DNA of 64,000 bases from Epiperipatus broadwayi (Eukaryota > Animalia > Onychophora): the NCBI GenBank assembly GCA_028023455.1, contig JAQFVV010000008.1, positions 8,246,001 to 8,310,000 on the forward strand, given 5' to 3'. Under the pieces are notes generated by a model. That model searched no databases, was not told where the DNA came from, and worked only from the letters and a program-made list of their open reading frames with translations. Made by a program: the position numbers and the translations under genes. Positions 25,146 through 36,690 of the stretch are shown here, piece by piece. Position 1 is the first letter of the stretch. Every line of letters begins with the position of its first letter.

Positions 25146-28100
25146 TTTATTAATTGATATCAGAGTATATACTGTGACCCTGTGCTATTACATTGTCTTT
25201 ATTGATTACTTTAGCTTATGAATTTATGCTGTCCTAAAAAATAAAAGGAATAGTTAGAAATGAAGATGATAACATTGGTTATGTAAATTGTGTTATCTAA
25301 CTCTTATGCATTAATATATTACTCTATTTTAGTTCATAATAAGTATAAAATAGATAATTTCTAATAAATTAGTAATTATTACAAAGATGTATGCTTTAGG
25401 TTAAAAGTTACTATTTAATTTATATATACTTTTAGTAAGAGAGAAATCCAGACAGAGTTAATTTTATAGTTAAAGTTTAAAAATATTGACAGATAGTTTT
25501 CTGAATAATTTGGTTAAGTTCTTTTATTTAGTAAATTTAAAAAAAAAAAAAAAATGTATCGCTGAATAAAGCTTATTGAATTTTTAAAATAATATTAAAT
25601 TATTTAAAAAAATATAAGTTAATTATTAAGATGGATTTCATTTAGAAAAAATGTAATTTCCTATATACATGTATGTGTGAGAATCCATGTGCATGTGTGT
25701 ATTTTTGGTTTCTTGGTTTTAATTGCCAAGATATTTAATTTTTAATCATTAAACATTTAAAAATAAATATTTAATTAACTCAGAAATGAAAGGGTTAAAA
25801 ATGTAAATAAGAATTTCTGATAAATTTAAAAAGGTGATATTATTTTTTTAAAGATTAAAATATTATCTATTATCATATTTTATTAAATAATATTAATTAA
25901 TAAAAAAATTGACCTTTTTTTCAACTTTAGTCATCAAGATCACTTGAATCAAAAGATGTAGAACAAAGTTACATAATTTTTACTAATTAGTTCTGCATTT
26001 TAATTGACATTTTCTAAAATAGAGATCATTTATTTTATGGATGTGTATTAATTAATTGATATCTGTCAGTAGAGATATAAAAGATGGGGATTGTCAGTGG
26101 ACAGGGGCTTCTTCTTCTCCTGACTGACAACTGTTGTTGTTGATAGTTCTTGGTGCATTGAAATCTTCTCATCTTTAAATAATAGTAATAAATTTTCTTT
26201 AATTATTTTTTTTATATCTAAGTTTAAATTTATTAAAGTGCTAAGACAACTTTTATAAGGTATCTTTGTTTTTATTGCTGAATTCAATTTGAACTCTCTA
26301 AATTATTAATGTCATGCCTGGAAAGAATAATCAGTTTATAATGACTTAATTTTGTCAAGTATACTTTGAAAGAAATTATGAAAGAAATAGGGTGATATTT
26401 TCTTTTATATTAATTTATAAAATCATGCTGGACAGTGCACTATTTTACTTCTCACGATTGTATTTCACCTTTAGGAGAAAGAGGCTAAACTTAAAAAAAA
26501 ACTATTAAAAATTTTATTTTGAGAATAAAGTTATATTAATTATTAATACCAATTAATATTAAAATGCTCAACTTACATTAATTTCAATAAATATTGGAAA
26601 TATTTCCTTAATATAAAAATTTATTTTACAAATAATAAATAACCTATTATCATTGACACAGGAGAACTTTTAATCTGCTTTGCTTTCTTAGTATTTTGCT
26701 AAAAAAATACTTAGAATAAAATGGAATCAAGGAAATTAGTGGATAACTTTATAGAGGAAAATATAGTTTTCATGTATAACAATAATAGATCTTAAATAAC
26801 TACATTATGTTGAATTGCAAACTGTCAAATTTAATAGTAATTTTTAAAAAAATTACTAAAATGATATCTCTAAGTGAATTTAAAAAAAGAGTTAAAAAGA
26901 GTTTCTTTTAAATGTGCATTTTCTAAAAAAAAAAATGGTTTATTTCCAATGGAACCATGGACAAAATTTAATGGGCAACTACCTGAATTAATATTGTTAT
27001 TAAATGAAGATTCTCAAACAAGCTAGCTTATGTTTAACCAGTTTCTTTAAAAATGGATCCAGACTTTTGCTTATTTAGGATATAACTTTGTGAATGTCTT
27101 TTTTATTTATCACTTACTTTGAAAGTCATATTTGCTCTCATTTTCTTGTGAAAGAAAATATGTGCCAACTATGGATTCTTCATTCTATAGATAATTCACT
27201 GGATATCGCACCCTGGGGGCAAACTGCTCACTATGGAAGAAATTCTGCTAAAGAACTAGGGTGGTTTATAAAATATATTTTAAATATTTTATATGTCAAG
27301 ATGTTTATTATTCTTTAATTGATTTATAACAGAATATCTAAGTATTCCTACAATATGGAACATAAAATTTATATATTTTATATTCATTGGTTTAAGGTAA
27401 ATTTTATAATGTCTTTTGGTTCAAGTAGAGATATTTATCTCTTACATTTTTTTATAGTGTTCATGAGTTTCATTTAATTATAGGTAAATAGCCAAAGTAT
27501 GTTTATCAGAAGTTCACTATAATTTCATAATTATTATGATCTAATAATTTTATGATTAAATTTTAATATAATTGAGTGTTTCTTATAAATATTTACTTTG
27601 GTATTATGGACACATTATCTTTATAAATTTTCATACTGTTCATTATGTATTTCTTATTCAGTGCAGAATTTTATTATGCTATTTTAAAATATTTATAGTC
27701 ATTTGACTGACAGTAAATTTGTTGGTTTCAGACATTGCTTAATATATGTAATTTTAGTGTGTATATTAATTTACTTAGTTTGTAAGTGATAATTTTGTTA
27801 TCTTGTCATTGTTTCATCTAGGATTTATGCTTCCAAGCTTTAGATGTTGCTTTACTTATTGTGCTTTGTGGGATGAAAATGCACTCTCCCATTGTTCACA
27901 TTTTGTCTTCCATGAGATGATAGTGTTTATATTCTAAGTTTACTTTCATATGTTGCTAAGAAAGCTAGTTCATATGAGAGGATCATTTTATGGCGTGTAT
28001 TCCATTTTTCTTATGTGTTGAGACCTTGTCCACTCATGTATTTTTTGCCTAAGCTAAAGGTATTGGAATTTACCATGCTGTTTTTATTCATGTCAGTATT

Positions 28101-29944
28101 GTGCTGCTGTGCCTTGCCAGTAGTTCACAAGTAAACTAACAATGCATTAGTAATTGTTAAATGCTTATTCTTTGATACATAGCTTAATAGGAAATACACA
28201 ATGTTATTTCATCACCATCTGAGAGTAATTGGCTGATGGATTAGTAAGTTATTTCAAGATTAAATATTTCTTTATTATGTGGACATAAAATGAAATATAT
28301 AATGTGTACATGGCTTCTGATGAATGTTCGCATATGCTTTTATTTTTTTTTTAATAATAAAAAATAGTGCTAGACAATATCTGTCTTGATATGATAACTG
28401 CCATTATCATACTGGTTTAGTAGTTTGAACTCAGTCATAAAAGTTCAAATTAAAGTTATTTTAATATTTAGTGTGTTTAAATATTATTAATAAAGGTATT
28501 ATGAGTTGTTACCTGACAAAAGGATTTATTCCAGGGATAGTATTGCTTAACTTATACTTTAAGCTTTTTTTTTTAAATGCTTATTAAAAGAGATGATTTG
28601 GTTAGAACAGATTGAAAATAAATTAGCTAAATATTGAAATAATTTATCTTAACTGAATGTATTCCTAATAACTCATCCAATTTTCTTTTTTTAAAAACTA
28701 TAGCAGATAGTTTGTTATTGTTGTGTCAGTGTATATTATGTTTATGGCATCCTGCTAAAAAAATTTAACAGAGCCTGTTGGCAAATAACTTTTGCTTTGA
28801 TATTGTAAATAAATTTGTGTTGTATCTAGTATGTTAGTAAATGTATTTATTTAAATCTAGTTTTTGTTTTTCTATAAGTGATTTCTTGTGTCCTGAATTC
28901 TTAATTATAACAGAAATCTTGGTGAATCAGATGATTATTTCTCATGCAGATCTCAATGTTTAAAAATGAAAAAATTCCACAAATGTTTTAATTCCAAAGC
29001 TGGGATTGTAATTAACATAAATGAATATTTATTTAATCTTGCTTGGGATTACTTAATCCATTTTTCAGACTGTGCATTATTTTATTTATCTTATTAATAA
29101 AAAGTACCACAATTAAACTTAATTATTTTGTTTTGTTGATGGGTAGTAGAAACGTACTCTTTCTTTCTATTATTTTGAGTGACATCCTGGGTAAAAGTCT
29201 ATGATTTTTCTAAATTTTATATTTTTGTTTTATGTAATTGTTAAGCAGATTAAACATTTCTTTATGTAATTATTATTGTTATTATATATTAGGATACATT
29301 AGCTTATAATAGAAGTGTATATCTCCTATAATCTACTAGGACACCATTTATTTAGCAACACAATACAACAGTATAGTTTCCAGAGTTAACAAGAACCCTG
29401 AGATCATTATTTCATTAATTATTAACACATTCATCTTTATCATAATTATGGTGGCATAAGAAATTCATTAATTGTTGTACCATTAGAAAGGTACATTACA
29501 TTTCACTCTACAAGAGTAGAATAGATCAGATCATGTCAACAAATAATTATTTGGTGATAAATATTTGCTATATAAGATATTAAAAAAAACATAAATATTC
29601 TATTAGAACATGTTATTTTAAGTGTAAAATATTTATTGCTCAGGGCATGTATTTTGGAGGGACATGTATATTTTAAGTGTTGCATAGGAATGAGTGAAAT
29701 TTTTCCTCTTCCTAATTTTATTTATTTATTTTATAGTTATGTATTTTATTATTGCTTTGAAATTTCATTTTATTTTAATGCATGTCTCTGTAGTACAAAG
29801 TGAGATAACTAACCTGAGCTTAGCCGAATGTATTATTAGTTTTCATAATATTACGAGTCTCTCATACATTCGTAACTGTATATATTGTTAGCTTCATATT
29901 AATATAAGTAGACACCCCCCCCTTCTTTTTTAATAAGATTAGAA

Positions 29945-30307
29945 TACATACACACACCCCTCACTCTTATATAATGACACAGTAATATCTTGGATAGATC
30001 TTTAAATCAATTGGAACCTATATAGAGGTGCGACTGTTGCTATCTAGTGTAAGTTCATCCCTGAAGAGAGCCGAATGCAGATTTTCGAATACTGAGGTGT
30101 AACACAGCCTGAAAAAGGGGTGAGGTATGGATGAACTATCCCAAATTGTATCTAAATTTAATGTGTAAACACAGAGCTAGCCCATTGGAGGTAGATACGA
30201 TCATAGTTAGATATTTCATTGCATCATTGACAGCATCCTACCCAAAGACCCTAGGTCCGAACCTGATGCATTCCATCTCTTTTGTGGTAAAACCCTGACC
30301 CGTCACA
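29945..30307 (+). mobile_element. Solo or partial copy of the LTR-like repeat at 14940-15303
   Basis: Same TATA, body and terminus (...CCCTGACCCGTCACA). No PBS or gag follows. Confidence 0.75.
30052..30137 (+). ncRNA. Hammerhead-like fold with variant core in LTR-like repeat, copy 2
   Basis: AGTTCATCC-CTGAAGA-GAG...TTC-GAATAC-...-GTAT-GGATGAACT, with a perfect 9-bp stem I. Confidence 0.5.
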
Positions 30308-32190
30308 ACATTAAATGTTAAAGTTTTATATGTGATCAAATTTAATTTTTGCTGACTGAAACAAATCTAGTATTACTAACTGAAATGACTGCAAAATATT
30401 TGTATATACATAAGACTGTTTTGAAATTTATTGCCAAGAAAAGAATATTTGTCTTGTCACATATGTTTGACCCAAAAACAATTGTATTCTAGATACAAAA
30501 TAAAAATTGTATTAAAAAAATATTTAAAAGATGCACTTTTGAATAATAATATATCATTCATTTTATTATAGGAATGAAGAAATACGAATTATGAAGATAG
30601 AATGCAAAATAATCACTTATTTAGATACCACAAATAAACATCATTAAGATCTTTGTAATGAATTTTAAACATAAAGTTTTAATAATTTTTAAGAGTTAGG
30701 AAAAAGTAATAATGACCAAGTATTTATATCTTGATCAAAATAACCCTTTTCAAGAAACTCTTGATAAGTAAAACTTGCAGATAAATTAACATGTGTACAT
30801 ATAGTTCATAAAATTATTTCCGACAAGGTTTAAGTTTTAAAATCTTATTTAAATGTCATATTTGATTCAGTAAATACTAATTTCAAATGAAATTTTATTA
30901 GGAATTAAATTCTTATTCTCTTAAAAATAACTCAAACACTCAGAGTATCCAGTTTCAATAATTTATCAAAATTAAGTCCTTGGTGCAAATTGGTTGCATA
31001 AATACATATTCTTTATGATATAATGTAAAACAAGTGTTAATACATATATTAATAAATTTAATTAATATTCTGCATAAGATGTATATATGATAATAACAAT
31101 TGTGTTATTCTATTGCAATACTGTAATTGAATAATTGTATCAATCCAAAACAGTTTTGTTTTTGGAAGGTAGAAGAACCGAATATTTTTTTACTGATTTA
31201 GATAAGAAATTTAATTAACTTTTGCTCATACTCATCAGTAATTTTGTTTTTCTTTTTTATAAGTTTTTTTACCAGGTGAAAATGATAAAGACTTTTTTTT
31301 TTTCCATAGAATTCTAGTCTTTGAACCATTTGCAAGTTTGACGAAGTTGATTTTAAACATTTACTTCTTTTAGCAGCTTTTACTTCTACATATACATTTA
31401 GTTCTGACATCCTACTGCTTTCTCTTTGATTTTCATAAGGTCTACTTTGAAGCAATATCCCTAACTTCTATTCATTCCAATAGGTTTGTCAGGCAGTTAA
31501 TAGTTTTTTTTTTTTAAAAATTAGGCCATGATGCAATTCATTTCATAGTCCAATTACAATAAGTAATGCTTTTTAAGTTAACAGAGTTGCCATTTATAAT
31601 TAACACATATTTTCAGATCAACTAATCAATTTATTAATCAACTTATTTAAATTGCTGGAATCAGTTAAATTCATCAAAATAAACTCACTATACCCCCTTC
31701 AAAATTGTCCTAGTATAATGTTTGGTTACCAAAAAGCCATAATTCTCTACTCACTTATTAAAAAAATATGGAGCTAACTGCATGGGAACTTCTACAAAAA
31801 ACAAGCTTAGATAATAACAAAATCTTGAACAATAAATGATCGTAGCAAATTTGATGACATCAATGATAATGCTAGTGGATCTTAGGTTCATAAATGAATA
31901 AGCATTGACATAGTGTCTCCAGTGGCTATTCTATTGTAATATTGCTTTATTATGTATCTTTAAAAAATACTTATTTGATTATCAAATGTGTCCAACAAAA
32001 GTTAAAGTTCTGGTTATCCAAACAATAGCAACATGACAGTGGAAGAGTGGACAAAGTTACTTAACCTGAAAAAAATAATTCTGAATTCTCAAATGAGTTA
32101 GATTATATTGAACAAAACAAATTCCATGATTCCCCCTCCCCCCCAATGATTAGAGAACATCACCAATAAAAAGAAAAAAAATCCTCAGTA

Positions 32191-32296
32191 GTCAGGCGTT
32201 GTTAGCCGAGAGGTCATCGCACCTGCCTTGCAAGCAAGTTGTTGGTTGCAGACGGGTGTGGGTTCACGTCCCGGCCGATGCTATGACATATGAAAA
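32191..32296 (+). mobile_element. Short tRNA-derived SINE or retrocopied tRNA-like RNA
   Basis: A-box TAGCCGAGAGG, B-box GGTTCACGTCC, acceptor-like GGCGTTG/CGATGCT, anticodon-like loop CTTGCAA, short A tail. 17-bp TSD AAAAAAAATCCTCAGTA at 32174-32190 and 32297-32313. Confidence 0.8.
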
Positions 32297-33474
32297 AAAA
32301 AAAATCCTCAGTATGTCAGCATAAAATATTGATAATCTATTTATTTACATCTAAAAATAGCATGTTAAAATTAATACTTTTGTATGGGTAGCAGCTTTGT
32401 GATTCAACATTAACTACAAACAATACTTACTTCTATTTTACATAGATTTTTAAAAATAATTTGAAAGCTGACACTATTTACATTCTATCAGTCTCTAGTG
32501 TTAATGCTAACATCATTTTTGATTCATTGCAAGATAAAAGATATCTAATCCAAAGCTTTTTCTCATCATCCATTTCACATGTGATCCCTTCATAAATCTT
32601 TTAGAATCCAGTATAGTTGTCCATCAATTGTCTTGTAGTAAAATCCATTTCAGCTTCATTTTAGTCTAATTTTCTTCAATGATGCCAATGGTATATGTTT
32701 ATTCTTTCAACCATATATTTTTCTTATAATCACCTTTTGTTAATCTTATATCACTTATCCATACTTGGTATTGCAATCTGCAGTAGTTTTTTTTGTTTAA
32801 ATTAAATGTCTAAGACTCAGCTTCAAAAGTAAGGCTTATAAAATGGATTTAAAAATCTTTTTTTGAGAAATATGGTAATTTCTTTTTAATATTAAGTTAC
32901 TTCTACCAAAATACTATATCCAAGTTCAATTCTAAATTTAACAAGATATTTGTAATTGTTTAATTAACTCTTGTAATTAATTATTTTCAACCTTTTTTGT
33001 TATGAAAGCTTACTGAACATTATTTGCAGATATATGTAGGAATAACTCCATCAACTATTTGAATTGTTAAATTTTTTTTTTAAATTCAAATTTTATTTAT
33101 AATTTTCTAAATACATTAAAATATGAATTTCAACATTTTGAATATTATCTCTTCTTCAGATATTGTTATCCCGAATAGTGATAGCTTGGAAATCAAACTG
33201 ATGCTTTTTAAATTCATGAATATTAAATTTAAGGTGGTATTCTGACTGACTAGACAATAGTCAGTAGAGATTTTATATACTTATCTATGAGTATTTTCCT
33301 GTTCTTTTTTAAAATGCAAGGTTAAAAAATGTTTTCCAATCCTCATGAATTATCTATTTATCATACTAGGTGTAGCATACAAAACTCAGAAAAATCTGCA
33401 GAGTTTATAGCATATATCTACAAATCTAAATTTGAAATGCTGAAAAACATAAAGAGTATATCTATTGTGCTGTT

Positions 33475-34838
33475 TTCACTCAATTTAGGCTTTATACATT
33501 ATAGATTGCTAATATATTTGCTAATCAAATTACATCTGCATTTATTCATTCTTGATATTAGAGATCTTCACAGAAGGTAACTACATTTCCAGATTAACTC
33601 AATTCATTATTGGTTATTATTATATAATTGCTCACTGCATCAGTTTTTAATTTATTTAGTGGTATCAGAGTTGTATAACCCACTGACCCAGAACGATTAA
33701 TAAATGTAACTGTTTCAATTAATATTGGGACTTAGTTTCTCACCATTTTTTTTAATAGTAATTTCTCGAGGTTATAACTTATGAAGCAGTATTGCCATTG
33801 AAAAAAAAAAACAACAGATAATCTCAAATTAGTTTGTTGGCATAGCTGAATAATTACAAAAAAAAAAGATATACAATGAACAAATTAAATCATGAAAACA
33901 ATTTATTGAATCGATGCTTAAATTTAATAATAAATAAGTATTAAAAGAAACACAGACATTAGACAGGATATATAATAAGCAAATAATTAATATTTTATGT
34001 AAAATATTAATGTATCTTAATCTGCCTCATCGAAGATCCATTCATTTCTCAAACTTTTCTTTTTTGTTTAGTTTTTAACAGTTAGTTCATTCTAAGGTTA
34101 TGTTTAAACACTCAGATAGTACAATGATTTATCTTACTGTAATTTTTTTTGGAGTTGAGATGTTACTTAATAAAGTACCATGCATGGTTTGCATCTGAAC
34201 AAATCCATGGTTTAGAATATGAGTTTTATTCTTGCAAATTTATTCAGCTTCTGATTTAGAAAAGGTGAGGATTCAAATCAGGGTGTTAGTTTAGACCTAA
34301 ATACAGAAAGGGCATATCATTGGACATTGTTTCTACTCAGACATTGTGTGACAGTTCAATATACAAGTAAAAACGCTGATGAAACATTTCTATAGTGGCA
34401 TCTCATGGGACAACATGAAGTTCATCTTAACTCAAGCATTGACTCTCCACAACCAAAAAAACAAGACAAGCCCCCTCTCCAACAATCTCCTTTCTTTTTA
34501 TATCCTACCAATTTTCATCTACTGTGCAGATTCTATTCTCATCTTTCCTTTTCTTTTGTACCAAATTACTTTTTAACATTTCTTTGGAATTTTGATTTGC
34601 GAAATCCGTTTCTGATAACTCCCTCAGTGGCCATCTTTAACTAAAGGCAATTAGTATTTTCCTATAATTAAAATTACTTGCCTATAGATTTTATCTTGAT
34701 TAGCAATTTGGGTGTGTTCTTATTCTTTCTTTTTTTAAAAAATATAATCTTCATTGTATATAAAAAGAAATAACTTAGACCAACTAAAAAAAATAATTAT
34801 ACAAATGATTTTCTCTCTTTCTTTTTTTAAATATTCAA
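33475..34838. repeat. ~1.35-kb direct repeat, copy 1 (left of the Gypsy pol remnant)
   Basis: Aligns with 39620-40926 along its length. Confidence 0.85.
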
Positions 34839-35894
34839 TATATATATATATAAATGATGCAATATCTCCAGGGTTGGGACAAGAATAAAATAGGGGTTTG
34901 ACTTATTTTATTCTCAATGAAATTTTTATAACAATGTTTATAGTACCCTACTCCTATACCAGGTCATGTTATAGGATTTCAGCACCCTAGCATTATAGGT
35001 ACCCCTTTATCATTTGTCACAGTGAAGGTATTTGGACCATTCTTCTTGGTGATCTAATCAGGCCATTCATACAGGTTTTGAAATTTTCTGCAAGTATATT
35101 TGCCCAATTGACTCATGTAGTTTAACTTCACTAATACCTTAATCTCTTCCCTAAACTCTTCCTCTGGGTTTGTAGTTTTGTGCTTCCCAGTTGTACCCTC
35201 ACTTTTTCTGATCTACTTCTTCATTAATGTCTTCCAGGATGCCCAAATTGTAGATGGATAGATGAAACCCCCGTGAATTCATCATGGCCCCAATTTATAT
35301 AATTCAATACCTGAGGAAGCACTCTCAGTCATCCTCTACGGTCAGAAGATATATATTCCCTGAAGAGGTGGCCTAGTTCTCTCATCATCCACTCACAGGA
35401 ATTAGATTGCGGGTTCCTGATGGAAAATAGCATATGTCTGAGTTCCATTTTTTGATGCATTCCTGCCACTCATATTACGTAAATGACATTCCACGGTCGG
35501 ACAAAATAGCACGAGGGCTCCCCACTGCATATTGTTTTTCAAGTTCATGTAGTGCATTCTGGGTGTTGGACTGAGATACTGGATACTCACTTGGAAAATA
35601 CATCACAGACCAGCAATAAATATAAGCTGGTAATGGCCCATAAAAATCTATGGCTATCAAATCTTTAGGCTTTTGCAGAACTATTGAATTCAAAGGGTCT
35701 TGATAAGAATAGTTTGCAGGTTTTGTCCTCTAATAAACCTCACATGTATTTAACATGCTTACAACTTGAGGTCTTGTATTCGGCCAGTAAAACCACATCT
35801 TTAATAAGCATTCTATTTACTGATGCCATAATGCACATACAGATAGTGAGTATACATAATGAGACTTTTTTGTAATCCTTTCGGCATAATCATC

Positions 35895-36690
35895 CTCCAC
35901 TTGTATTGGACTATTTCCATCATCTATGTATTGAATGTCTTTAAAAAAAATTAACTTTATTAAATATTCCAAATATATTCAACTGTTAGTAATAACACAT
36001 CAAACAGGTTAGTATATGCACATTTCAAGGTATTAGCCCTTTCTTCTTCAGGTGTTACTGGCCTGATCCGTGACAGTACTAGCATGGGATTCAAACTTGG
36101 TTCCTTGGATTCTTAAATTTTGAATTTTAAGATAGTGAGCCATCTTGCTAAAGGCAACAGTCTGTAGTAATTTCATATACTTATTTATGAGGTTCCTCCT
36201 GATTTCTCCACTTTTTCCTAAGAGCAAAGTTGATTAGTGGTTTCCATTATGCACAGTCATACTGGGTTGGCGTATGGGATTTTTTTGCCATTGTCATGTG
36301 AGCAGCTTCTTTAAATTTTCTTCTTTGTAGCTTTTCTTCTCTATCTAATATTTTGTATTATTCCAATTGAACATATGTTCATTGGCACATACATGTTCTG
36401 CTACTTTAGACACATTCTGTTTTCTCTCTTCTAATCATCAGTTTGTGTTCTTGCAAGCTCTTTTCAATCGGATGAATGGTCCCATCAATATATATTCTTC
36501 CATATTCACATGGTATTTCATAGATACAGTTTTTTCTTTTCATCATTTCAAGTTTAGGCTTTGTAGATGTTAAATTCCTCATAGGGTGATATGGCTCTGG
36601 ATGTGGGTGATGGAAATAGTCCAATATAAAAATACTAGAACACCATCATCACAAACCCTCAGGAAAATGCTAATCTTCCTCCACTGTCCT
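35895..36690 (-). mobile_element. 5'-truncated Penelope-like element inserted in Gypsy pol
   Basis: ORF 36406-36624 KNCIYEIPCEYGRIYIDGTIHPIEKSLQEHK is GIY-YIG. It is followed by the terminal repeat shared with 1756-1990. An inverted piece of that repeat sits at 36608-36670. Confidence 0.82.
35991..36059 (-). ncRNA. Degenerate hammerhead-like motif in PLE terminal repeat (copy B)
   Basis: AGTAACAC-CTGAAGA-..AAGG..CCTT-GAAA-...-GTGTTATT, with an 8-bp stem I. Confidence 0.5.

Noticed and set aside
26066-26287. 73-aa minus-strand ORF that looks like a terminal exon
   Set aside because: No homology recognised and no partner exons found.
31198-31455. 85-aa minus-strand ORF
   Set aside because: No recognisable motif; it cannot be assigned to a gene or TE.
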